Source: Octopus vulgaris
Taxonomy: Eukaryota
Length of the DNA: 64,000 nt
Direction: 5' to 3'
Assembly (NCBI GenBank): GCA_951406725.2
Contig: OX597822.1
Span: forward strand, 100,254,001 to 100,318,000
The notes beneath the pieces were generated by a model. It did not search any database. It saw nothing but the letters and a program-made list of their open reading frames with translations, and was not told the origin of the DNA. Below are positions 53,892-64,000 of this stretch, one piece after another (positions within the stretch are counted from its first letter, which is position 1; each line of letters starts with the position of its first letter). Position numbers and translations under genes: made by a program.

Positions 53892-54046
53892 CTGAGTGAA
53901 ATCAGTTCTGATGAATCTTCTGAAGATGATGATGAAGATGACGATAACATCAGTGATTGTAGTTGGGTGACAGAAAATGAAGAGGAAATAGATCCAGATA
54001 CTTTAGAGCCTAAATCTCCATCTCCAAAACCTGCTGCAGAACAGAG
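53892..54046 (+). CDS. UBE2O: UBE2O exon K (acidic, ...SWVTENEEE...), phase 0-2
   Basis: Acidic tract with SWxT; tgtcag/gtgagt; phase fits. Confidence 0.9.
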
Positions 54047-54253
54047 GTGAGTATCCTCCTCATCATCATAATTATTCACACATCCATTTGTACCATGCAT
54101 GGAACAGGACATCATAAACCAAATCAGTTTTGCTAAAGAGTTACTACTTTCCTAAACAAACCAGGAACCTTGTTTTGCTCTGCTTCTGTTTTGCCATTTT
54201 ACTAGAAGCATCTTAAAAGGTATTTGTGTAGGAGAAGCAGTCCCTTTGTATTA

Positions 54254-54304
<51 letters not shown>

Positions 54305-54373
54305 TATACATACATACATACATACATATATATCCATATATATATGTATATATACATATACATGTATATATAA

Positions 54374-54708
54374 AAGGTACATCCAAGGCTTGGGCCCCGT
54401 GCCATCCACCCAAAACAAAAATCGCACTCTCATCTCATAACAACAATACGGCACAATTATTTCACCTCAATTGGCCCCGCTCTCTTTAACATTACACCAA
54501 AACACATTAAAACAGAAACAGACCCTATAGGGTTCAAGAAGTCTTTGGACAGATTCCTTCAAGAAATCCCGGATAAACCCCCTACACCCGGATATGTCTC
54601 TGTAAACAATAACTCTCTACTTGAGTGGACCATAGTGCCCAAATTCTGACTTGAAAGACTTCACCAGGTGGTGCTATTAAGTTAGACATGGCCGAAACCT
54701 ATCAAAGT
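54374..54708 (+). mobile_element. 5'-truncated CR1/L2-group LINE 3' end
   Basis: Open frame 54374-54649: GPALFN...FKKSLDRFLQEIPDKPPTPGY..NNSLLEW*; ends in (TACA)n. Confidence 0.75.
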
Positions 54709-54823
54709 ATACATACATATACACATATATGTATATATATACATGTATATATATACATACATATATACATACATACACACACACATATATATATATATAT
54801 ACACACATACATACATATATATA

Positions 54824-54867
<44 letters not shown>

Positions 54868-55647
54868 TCTTAACAAGAACCATCAGATTTATTATTATAT
54901 GGTTGACAGAAACTGAAATAAGTCTGTCGTGTGTGTGCGTGCGTGTGTGTATTTGTGTTTGTCCCCCCCCCCCCCATCGCTTGACCACTGATGGTGTGTT
55001 TATGTCCCTATAACTTAGCGGTTTGGCAAAAGAAACTGATAGAATAAGTACTAGGCTTATAAAGCATGAGTCCTGGGGTTGATTTGTTTGACTAATACCC
55101 CTTAAGGTGGTACTCCAGCATGGCCGTAGTCAAATGACTGAAACAAGTAAAAGAATATGGGAATTGAGTGTAGGAAGTTGTGATGTTCATTTATTTAGCG
55201 AAACCTTTGATAATGTGAGTGAAACAAGTCAACCAGGATATCAGAATTCGACTGTGAAATATGTTTGCTACCAGCTTTACTCTTGGACTGCATCAGTATT
55301 ACTGGTTGTAACAATGATTATAATAATGATTTTTAACATTGGTCCCAGCCATATATTGACCAGTGAGTGGCATAATGGATTGAATCAACCTCAGTTGTCA
55401 ACAGGTACTTATGTTATTATTCAGAATTGGGGAGCAATATTGAACTCCCTCCCCCACAGAACATGGTGAGACAGAATTAAATACTATTACAACTTACTAA
55501 TGGTTCTGCCTGTTACTCTCTAGGTAATTATAATATCAATCATAATAACTAATAATACAATTTTCAATATTCATATAGCAATCAATGAGTAGGGAGAAAA
55601 TCATTACATTGTAATCTATCTTTTAACTATTGATTTTATCAAGAAAC

Positions 55648-55893
55648 TGCATGGCACGTAAAAAGCACCAGCCGATTGTGGCCGCTGCCAGCCTCCTCTG
55701 GCACCTGTGCCGGTGGCACATAAAAAGCACCCACTACACTCACGGAGTGGTTGGCGTTAGGAAGGGCATCCAGCTGTAGAAACACTGCCAGATCATACTG
55801 GAGCCTGGTGCAGCCTCCTGGCTTCTCAGACCCCGGTCGAACCGTCCAACCCGTGCTAGCATGAGAAAATGGACCTTAAATGATGATGATGAT
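55648..55893 (+). mobile_element. (GAT)n-tailed RTE-3'-end repeat
   Basis: Family core and tail. Confidence 0.87.
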
Positions 55894-56066
55894 TTGATAA
55901 AAGATTTCTCTATGCTCAGAATCTGAGTTTTGTTGTGATTATTTCATTTGCTTGACTCATAATTTAATTCTGACAAATAAACATTATTGTTTTTTTTTTA
56001 TATATATATAATTATTTGTTGTATTTTCTGAGGTTTCTTAAATATCTTCTGTTTAATTTCTTCTAG

Positions 56067-57130
56067 TTCACGGTGTGGAACATATGACGAACGGAAGGAG
56101 CATTTGGATAATTTAATTCAGCGTGGTAACAGAGCTTTGTCTCGCCTTTTGACTTTGATCAAGAACAATGATCCAGGCTACCCTTACAATGTTCTCAAAA
56201 TGTTCTACAACTGCCAAAGTCTCGATATGTTGTTAAAAATGTATCATTTCGTCGATCCCGATATCAATGATTTGGTTTTACAAATCTCTGAGGAGATACA
56301 CAAACGGCTGAACACTAACACAGCATGTAACAGTCACTCTGACAGCTGTATACCACTTACAACTTCTCCTAACAAACGGCCATCAAATTTATTGATGGCA
56401 ACAAAACAATACATCTCAAATGTTGCTGGTAAGGAATCAAGTGTAGACAAAGCTAATATGACAACCAAAGAGGATAGTTCCAAAGACTCGGGGGCATCTG
56501 CCACAAGTGAAAGCTCGGCCTGTAGTTCTGGTGTTTTAGATAATCCGGTTACTCGGAAATCTCCAACAAATAAAAAGACAGAAGCAGGGAGTTCTCCAGA
56601 TCCGAACATACAATTGGACTTTGACGAGTTGATCTTTTCAACTCAGGACTTTAAAAATTTCAATCCCGATTGTACAAAGTGGAATGAAAATACAAAGGAC
56701 TCGTGTTTACGTCTTGTAAAACTGCTGCAGGACAGAATTGGTCGGACGCTGAAGGAAGTGAACAAGAAATGGCGGAAACGAATACTGGAAGCCACAAAGA
56801 ACAGTCCTTTCTGTGATGATATGCATAAAGATAAAGGTATTCAAACTGAGAGTGATTTTGTCGATGATGTCGAGGCTCCACCTGGTCTTGATTGGTTTTC
56901 TCTGTCCAGTTGGCCCAATAAAAACAAATCCATTCAAACAAGCTCAGAGGCAGATATAAAAAATGTTTCAGATTCTAATGATACTTGTAAAAATGTTAGT
57001 TCTGCTACATCTGAGAAATCTCCAGAGGGAAATGAAATCGACATCACTGCTGCAAACCTTGTTAAAGAGACCTTAAATTCCCTTGACACCACCGTTGTTG
57101 AACATGACCCTGCAGTCTGCAATGAAAATG
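56067..57130 (+). CDS. UBE2O: UBE2O exon L (1064 nt, low-conservation linker with predicted helical/coiled-coil segment), phase 2-1
   Basis: 354-codon open frame in AT-rich DNA; ttctag/gttagt; phases join K and M. Confidence 0.9.
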
Positions 57131-57468
57131 GTTAGTCCACTTAGTTCACTCGCATGTTTTCTCATTTTCTTTGTTTCTCTTTTTCTTTCCTCATCACTTA
57201 ACCCTTAGGAGATGACAGGGCCGATCTATCAGCCTAAAAGTTGAATGATGAAGAACATTGCATTAGTTCTTTCAATTTCCTACAAGAATATACATAGTTT
57301 TATATATGTAAAGTAATTACTTAGTTTTTTTAAGCAACTTGTTGCGAAAAAAAAACCCTTATTATAATTATATAAATTTTTACCGAATATGGTCCTTTTC
57401 CATACTGAAATACTACTAGGTGAAATTTATTGATTTTATTAAATTAATTATATTTCACCCTTTATATG

Positions 57469-57509
<41 letters not shown>

Positions 57510-58365
57510 AAAATAAGTGCATGCCCTTGTGAAAAGGGCTTTGTCTTCTTGGCACTGAAACTCCAAATGAGGCTCCATTTTCAAAGTGTTAACATGAACT
57601 GGAGGGTTTGACTGGGTTGGATGAGCCAGAGAACTGCATTATGCTTAAATATTTGCTTTTGAATGATTTCATCAGTTAGATGCACTTAAAGCCAACCTTT
57701 TTACAGTGTTCTGGGTGCTTTTGTTTGTGGCACCAGCATAATGATTGTCGCCAAGTAGCTCACCAGACCCCTCAGTTGAGTGGTGGGTATAGAATTGATG
57801 GAAGTAGATTTGTGCCAGGTGTTCAAAGGCTCAGATATGAGAGTGGGATGCAAACAGGTGCTTAGTAGAGGGTACATAGCTCTCTTCATTGGGATAGCCA
57901 TGTGTCTCCTTTACAGAAGATACATCATGACTCTGAATAGAAAAGGAGAAAGGATTGTTTGATGTGGTATCAGGGCCATAACCTCAAAATACAAGAAGTG
58001 GATATGAGAAAGAATGGGGACAGAGGTTTGAGGATGGCTGGGTTGGTAGGTTTGCAAGAATGTAAAAGAGTGACAAATGATTAGAGGAGGAGCATGCTGT
58101 GAATGAAAGACTTGGGTGGAGGTGTGGTCAAAGGTGAATCCACTTTAGGTGGGAAGATAAAGAAAAGTAGGAGTGGGTCTAGGAGGAGGCAATAAATAAT
58201 GGCAGTACATAAAGGGCAGGTGGTGGGGAGCAGCTGTAATGTAAGAAAAAGAAATTGTTCAAAAGTTACTTGTATTGTATGTATCCATTTTTCATTGTTC
58301 ATAACAATGGGATAGGTTTTTTTCCCTTTCTTGGAGCATTTGTTTCTGTACCAACTGTGTATGTA

Positions 58366-58441
<76 letters not shown>

Positions 58442-59318
58442 TTGGGTCATCCTGTAAATAATGCAGTTTTTTTTATACTTTGATTTTTCAAATTTAAGAT
58501 AAACGAATTTCTTTTTTAATCAAAAATATACTCATCTTCATTTTCTACAATGCTCTTCCATCTATTTGGTAGACTTACAAGGTCCCTCTTCCAAAATTCA
58601 CTTGTCCATGATGAAAAATACTCCTCCAGTATTGTTCTGACCTCTTCTACAGAATTCATTTTTTTTTTGTCTAAATGATTTTGAAGACTGCAGAATAAAT
58701 GAATAATCCAGCGAATATGGTGGGTGATGCATCGTTTCCCATTCAAACTGCTCCAGCCTTTGGAATGTCATCCTCACTGTATATAGCCAAGTATTATCCT
58801 GATGGAAGAACACCTTTCATCTTGAAACCAAAAATGGTCGTTTTTCTTCTAGCGTTGACTAGAATGACTGATTGAATGATCAAATCCAAGCTTCTCTGTT
58901 AGTTCCTCAACAGTTATGATGGAATTTTGTTCCACAAGGGTTTGTAGGACATCCTCGTCAAGCTCTATAGGTGTTCCAGGATGAAGCTTGTCTTCTAGGC
59001 TGTAGTTTCCAGCTTGGAATTTCTGGAACCACTGTTGACACTGGCTTACACTTATCCAGTCCCCATATATTGTATTGATATTCCTTGCACTATCTTTTGT
59101 GTTGTAGCCTTTATTCAACTCGTAAAGTAAAATATGCTGAATATGCTCCTTTGTCACTTCCATTATAGCTTTGAAAAACTGTTAAAATCGAACTGCACTC
59201 TTCAAAACTTGCACTAAGAATAAGGACAAGGTATAATTACTACCTGCTTTTATAGCAAGTTGATGCAGGTAGTTTATCCTGTCCCTCTCCGATTTTTAGT
59301 TCATGCAATTGAAAAAAC
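58442..59318 (-). mobile_element. Degenerate mariner element
   Basis: N-terminal HTH (EHIQHILLYELNKG...), FHQDN and HHPPYS motifs across frameshifts; one TIR-like end at 58442. Confidence 0.88.
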
Positions 59319-59712
59319 AATGTACATATATTGCATATGGAGCAGAACCCATTTTGTCACTCTTTCAAATAGTTATGTGCTTTTTTTTTTTCATACAATA
59401 GCTATTGTGAGATACCGATAGAATAAGTACTAGGCTTACAAAGAGTAAGTCCTGGGGTCGATTTGCTCGACTAAAGGCAGTGCTCCAGCATGGCCACAGT
59501 CAAATGACTGAAACAAGTAAAAGAGTAAAAGAGATACATGGAAACAAACAGGTGAGGATTGGTAACAAGAAGAGCATTTTCAGCTGTAGGGAACCCTGCT
59601 TCAGCTATGTTGTATTTGACCCATGCAGGCGTGGAAAAGTTTTGTTAAAGCATTGATAATGATAAAGAGGAATTTTTTTTTACTAACTTTATTTTACTTT
59701 TACTTCTTTCAG

Positions 59713-59810
59713 GCTTCCAAATCGTTGAGGGGTCTCCAAGTTGTCATCATTTCTGTAATCATACTCACCTCAGCAGCCAAAGATCTTTCTTCATGTCTCT
59801 TAAGCGAGAG
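59713..59810 (+). CDS. UBE2O: UBE2O exon M (GFQIVEGSPSCHHF...FFMSLKRE), phase 1-0
   Basis: Resembles F...P..H.F...FFSTVRKE preceding the UBC domain; ctttcag/gttagt. Confidence 0.92.
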
Positions 59811-59994
59811 GTTAGTTTGTGATTTGTCTATGTTGGGAGCTGTAATTCTTATGATAGGAGCTTCTGAAGAACTCAAGGTTGAAGTCTCTAGAACTTTTTG
59901 AGTTTTTAATTATCTTGTCATAAAACAAAATCAAATTTCAAAATAATAATTGTAAATTCTGAGTTGATGTTAATTCTGATGTACATTTTATTAA

Positions 59995-60209
59995 CCCTTT
60001 TGCATTCACATTACTCTGTCAAACACAATGCTTTTTTATTCACATTGTTTTAAATTAATCATGCATCACCTTGTAATTTCAAGATTTCAATGATGTGATT
60101 GTATGTGTTTTGAATGTCATTGTAAAGGAAACGTGATACATCAGATCTGCCCAGTTCGAATATAAAACAATATTTATGCCGGATATGGTTGGTTCAAATG
60201 GTCAAGGAG
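59995..60209. mobile_element. piggyBac-type MITE family B, decayed
   Basis: Homologous to 6667-6887; another decayed copy near 30920-31125. Confidence 0.72.
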
Positions 60210-60259
60210 TTAGTAATTTGGTATTGGTATTAATGACGTAGTTACATATTACAAAGAAT

Positions 60260-60525
60260 CTTAACACATTAGTCTAGACAGGTATCTTCAGCTAGCAGGC
60301 CTTGCTACTCCAGACTGATGATGAGCAAATACTCAGAAACATGTCTCTAGATGCAGGCTTAGCTGTTGGGGGTGCTTGTCTCCCCTTCGCAAATATAAGG
60401 ACACAGGAAATGTGTCAAAGCCGACAGGAAGCGTCGATGCTTCCTAGGGCTAAATAGCGGTGGTGTGATTCCCTTTACGGGACTGTCACGTTAAGTTGAC
60501 AGTATACAACTGCTCTATTGCTCCA
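60260..60525 (+). mobile_element. Retrozyme-like structured element, copy 1
   Basis: Hammerhead followed by a series of hairpins; homologous to 63067-63334 on the - strand. Confidence 0.7.
60289..60365 (+). ncRNA. Type I hammerhead ribozyme, canonical core, predicted cleavage after C60345 (GUC)
   Basis: TCCAGA-CTGATGA-TGAG caaata CTCA-GAAA-CATG-TC-TCTAGA; stem I extends past a TAC bulge (CTTGC/GCAGG, CAGCTA/TAGCTG). Confidence 0.88.
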
Positions 60526-61810
60526 CCATTGCTCATATCTCTCTGAGATATTTAGAAATTTAAAGTTCCTAGTCATTCTACCATTAAGTGTGGATAAGGT
60601 GAATATGTAACACACATTGTGCTTGATAGAGGTAAGTCTGCTTAGTGAACTGGTGCTTACTAAGTGCTGAGTGTAGTAATCTCAGTCACTTATACGTCAT
60701 GCAACCTGGATTAAGCCCTTGGATTCACGACAGACATAAGTAAACAGAGAATTGGTTAACTTGCTAGAAATAGCTGCCAAGTCTCTTTCAAATTGCATTG
60801 TACCATTTTAAATAAAAGGAGGCCACATTGGGTTATGCAATCTTAAGGATATTCTAAAATGTAGGAATGGGAGGAATTACAACCGTGTTTCGTGGTCTGC
60901 TATCACAACAGCTCCTTTATAGGATCCAGTTAGCTCAAGACATCATCTGGAGGAACCACGTCCGGTTTTGGCCCTACTCCTCTACCGTTTTGATGTTGCG
61001 CCCCACCTCCCTTTCGGAGGTGTCTTCAGCTCTGGTGTTGGGTGCATGTCTTCTTTCTTCTGTTCCCTGGCCTCTTCGATGTATGGTCAGCGAGTGTCAG
61101 CCGGTGACTGACTGTCTTGTCAAATTTTTTTTCCCCTTTATAACAGGGATTTTCTGATCAGAAGTCTCTGCTCTATCAGGGTTAGCCTTGGGCTGAACAA
61201 CAACAGCACAATACATATTTAAGTCTTCTATTTAGAAATCAATGGAAGTGTATAAAAATAATAATTATCCGTATGAGAATACATTGCCATTATATGCAAA
61301 TAGCTTTGTACATTGTGCTAAATTTAACTCACAGACATGTATTGAATTATATAATGCTCATTCATATAGCTATATGCAGCAGCACTATACATATTTGACA
61401 GTTCCATTTTTTAATTTTTTTAAATAAATAAAACTACTGGCAGGGAAAAAGTGTATTGTGTTGTGGACTGTACTTGGTAGATTATTTAGATTGAGTCATT
61501 TTATTTGTGTGGAAGGCTGGAAGAATTAAGTATTCCCTGTGCATTTTAGTATTGGCTGACACCCTACTAATATACTTGGCACTATGTCTCCTCCTTTCTG
61601 CGTTTTTTTTAATCTCCTTGATATACCTTTTTCTGATATCTGAAGAGAAACAGCAATTTTAGCAGAACGTATTAAGCAACAGTAATATAAAATTAAAAAA
61701 CAAAAATAAACAATCTTTTGAAGGTTTTATAGATATTTCAAAAGTATGATGCTATTATGCTAGATGTTTCCATTATTTCGTCCAATCCCTCTATACACAC
61801 ACACACACAC

Positions 61811-61845
<35 letters not shown>

Positions 61846-61849
61846 TACA

Positions 61850-61885
<36 letters not shown>

Positions 61886-61889
61886 TATA

Positions 61890-62148
61890 CCGGAGTAAAT
61901 ACATAAATGTGAAACAAGGTGGAAAAAAGAGTACTCAAATACCAGTGGTAGAGTAATATGCTTTATTTAAAGCAGCAGAAAATTCAACAAAACCTGTTAC
62001 TCTGAGTTTGCCGGTCGTCGGACAGTTTTTGCTAAAAAAAAAAAAAAAAAAAAAAAAAAACAGTTTTCTAGCAAAAACTGTCCGACGAACGGCAACGGGA
62101 AACTCAGAGTAACAGGTTTTGTTGAATTTTCTGCTGCTTTAAATAAAG
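61890..62148. mobile_element. Penelope-like element end with inverted duplication (arms 61961-62034 and 62069-62148, poly-A loop)
   Basis: About 75-bp near-perfect inverted repeat carrying the hammerhead motif, inserted in a TA/CA microsatellite. Confidence 0.65.
62073..62120 (+). ncRNA. Variant type I hammerhead motif in a Penelope-like palindrome
   Basis: AAAAACTGT-CCGACGA-ACG gcaa CGG-GAAA-CTCAGAG-TA-ACAGGTTTT. Confidence 0.62.
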
Positions 62149-62349
62149 TAAATATATATATACACACACATACATATACACACATACATTATTTCTTATT
62201 AAATGATAAATATATGCATGTATTTTATTCAATATTTTAAATTTATTTCACATAACTATGAAACTGAATATGTATTGCCTGACTACCCACTTGAACATAA
62301 TTCATCTTTTTGTTTGGTAATTTTATTTTCATTTTCATTGTCTTTTTAG

Positions 62350-62412
62350 TCAAAGTTATTAAAAACTAGTCTTCCTGATGGTATTTTTGTTAAAGAATTT
62401 GAAGAGAGAATG
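62350..62412 (+). CDS. UBE2O: UBE2O exon N (SKLLKTSLPDGIFVKEFEERM), phase 0-0
   Basis: 63 nt; resembles LLATSLPEGIMVKTFEDRM; tttttag/gtatgt. Confidence 0.94.
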
Positions 62413-63066
62413 GTATGTATTGATTTTTCTACTTTCATTATTTTTTTTTGCACTACTTTTCTTATTTATATATAAATGTATAATCATTTTTGTGAGTTCT
62501 TTAGATCTTTGTTTAATCTTTGGAAAAATAGATATTCTCCAGGTTTCTTGTTTGTTTCATCTTTTTCTATTGTAATGCCATATATTATTGTAATAACCCT
62601 TTGTACAAAAGACACAATGCCTGAAATTTGTGGGGAGAGGACTGGTCGATTACATCTACCCCAGTGTTCCTCTGGTACTTAATTTATCGACTCCTAAAAG
62701 GAATATTATTGTAATAATAATACTTATAATATATTCTTAAGAGCAGTATACATGCCGTAATGTAAGCTGTAAACTCTTACTCAGCTGTGTTGTGGTTATT
62801 TCCCTTGAGTCGTTTTTGTAATCGTTTCAGTCGACTTAATCCCCCAAGTTCAAACAGAGGATTTGTACCTGCTTAGTTCAAAGTAGATTGACTGAAAAAA
62901 AAGAATATCATTGTTAAAATTTCTTTTCTGTAATATTGTTTAATTAGATTCTGATTTGTTGCACTTTTAGTACCTATGACCTGTTACAGGGTTTTTGCAA
63001 TTGACAGGAGGGGGGAAGGAGGTGAGGGAGATATCTTCAAAACTGAAAACCTGCTGCAAATACATT

Positions 63067-63364
63067 CAACAGAGTGGATTTTGATATGTTGTCAACTTTA
63101 TGTGACAGTCCTATGAAAGGGAAGAATGTTACTGTTATATTTAGCCCAAGGAAACACCGTTTCCTGTTGGACTTGACATATTTCCTGTGTCCTTATGTTT
63201 TCAAAGTGGAGACAAGCACCTCCACCCAGCAAAGCCAGCATCCAGAGACTAGTTTCATAGTCACTGCTCATCATCAGTCTGGAGTAGAATGGATTTTGAT
63301 AAAAGTAACCAAGATGCCAGGTCATGGTGTTAAGTCAGGTCACTCATTAAGTCTACCAGTGAAG
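63067..63364 (-). mobile_element. Retrozyme-like structured element, copy 2
   Basis: Shares GGTGCTTGTCTCC, ATAAGGACACAGGAAAT, GGGCTAAATA and GGACTGTCAC..AAGTTGACA with copy 1. Confidence 0.7.
63241..63283 (-). ncRNA. Type I hammerhead ribozyme, same family as 60289 (weakened stem II)
   Basis: Reverse complement: TCCAGA-CTGATGA-TGAG cagtga CTAT-GAAA-CTAG-TC-TCTGGA. Confidence 0.8.
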
Positions 63365-63648
63365 AAAGTTGTGGGATTTTTAACTCAACACAAAGAACTG
63401 GAACAAACACCACAAGACATCTGATCCAGTATCCTTACAATTCCACCAATCTATAATCCTAGATTGTTATTTTTATATTGATCTTGAAAAAATGATAGGC
63501 AAAGTTGACCTTGGTGGAATTTGAACTCAAGACTGCAAAAAATCAAAACTTTACCATTTTATCTGACACTATAACAATTCTGCTAGTTTGAGTAAAAGTC
63601 TGTAATTCTGTAGTTTGAATATATTTTTTTTTAATTCTTTATTCTCAG

Positions 63649-63852
63649 GACTTATTCTCAGTGATGATAGTTGGGCCTTCAAATACGCCCTATGAAGATG
63701 GTCTATTTATTTTCGATGTCCAGTTGCCAAATGATTACCCTGCATCACCACCCAGGTTCCATTATTTGTCCTACTGTGCTGATCGACTCAACCCTAATCT
63801 TTATGAAGATGGTAAAGTCTGTGTAAGCTTATTGGGTACTTGGTCTGGCAAG
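63649..63852 (+). CDS. UBE2O: UBE2O exon O, UBC catalytic core (active-site Cys codon TGT at 63820-63822)
   Basis: [20 protein letters not shown]...[23 protein letters not shown]; NPN in place of HPN as in UBE2O/BIRC6/UBE2Z. Confidence 0.97.
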
Positions 63853-64000
63853 GTAAGTTACTTAAATGCATTTTACTATCAACAATTTCATCTCTTGACT
63901 GAATCAAAAATGTAGAAAATTTCTCTAAGATTGAATGTTTTCTCAGGAACATTCGCTTGTGAGTTCATGGTGAAACCTTTTTCATTGAAAGTTCCTTTTA

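Larger units (their letters stand above)
17687..63852 (+). other. UBE2O: UBE2O gene span (partial; 15 coding exons in window, 5' and 3' ends outside)
   Basis: Spliced exons give one open frame of 1067 codons. Motifs colinear with UBE2O: LADRSLMPGD, YYPGQ, WQDG...HHLD..EFFPGD, SVYDIKDHP, and the UBC domain [10 protein letters not shown]...[20 protein letters not shown]. Confidence 0.96.

Noticed and set aside
60318-60420. C/D snoRNA (ATGATGA box C)
   Set aside because: No suitably placed box D or terminal stem; the hammerhead fold explains the sequence better
60870-60912. Minus-strand GAAAC after a short hairpin
   Set aside because: No CUGANGA box; at best a decayed motif
63074-63424. 116-aa ORF
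   Set aside because: Overlaps the non-coding retrozyme-like copy; no recognisable protein similarity

Overview
AT-rich eukaryotic DNA, almost certainly from an octopus (inferred from the SINE/LINE/MITE families and microsatellite load). The whole window lies within one + strand gene, UBE2O (E2/E3 hybrid ubiquitin-conjugating enzyme). I resolved 15 coding exons (17687-63852, 3201 nt, 1067 codons), all GT-AG with consistent phases. The first exon(s) appear to lie upstream and the last downstream of the window. Introns are filled with tRNA-derived SINEs, (GAT)n-tailed RTE 3' ends, piggyBac-type TTAA MITEs, mariner/maT/pogo remnants, Helitrons, a Merlin-like MITE and Penelope-like fragments. The main unexpected signal is RNA structure: five hammerhead ribozyme motifs from four families. 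One is a canonical Schistosoma-type hammerhead on the UBE2O sense strand (60289-60365). It heads a structured retrozyme-like element whose diverged second copy (63067-63364, - strand) shows compensatory base changes. The two copies face each other across a 63-nt in-frame UBC-domain exon. All structures were paired by eye, not computed.
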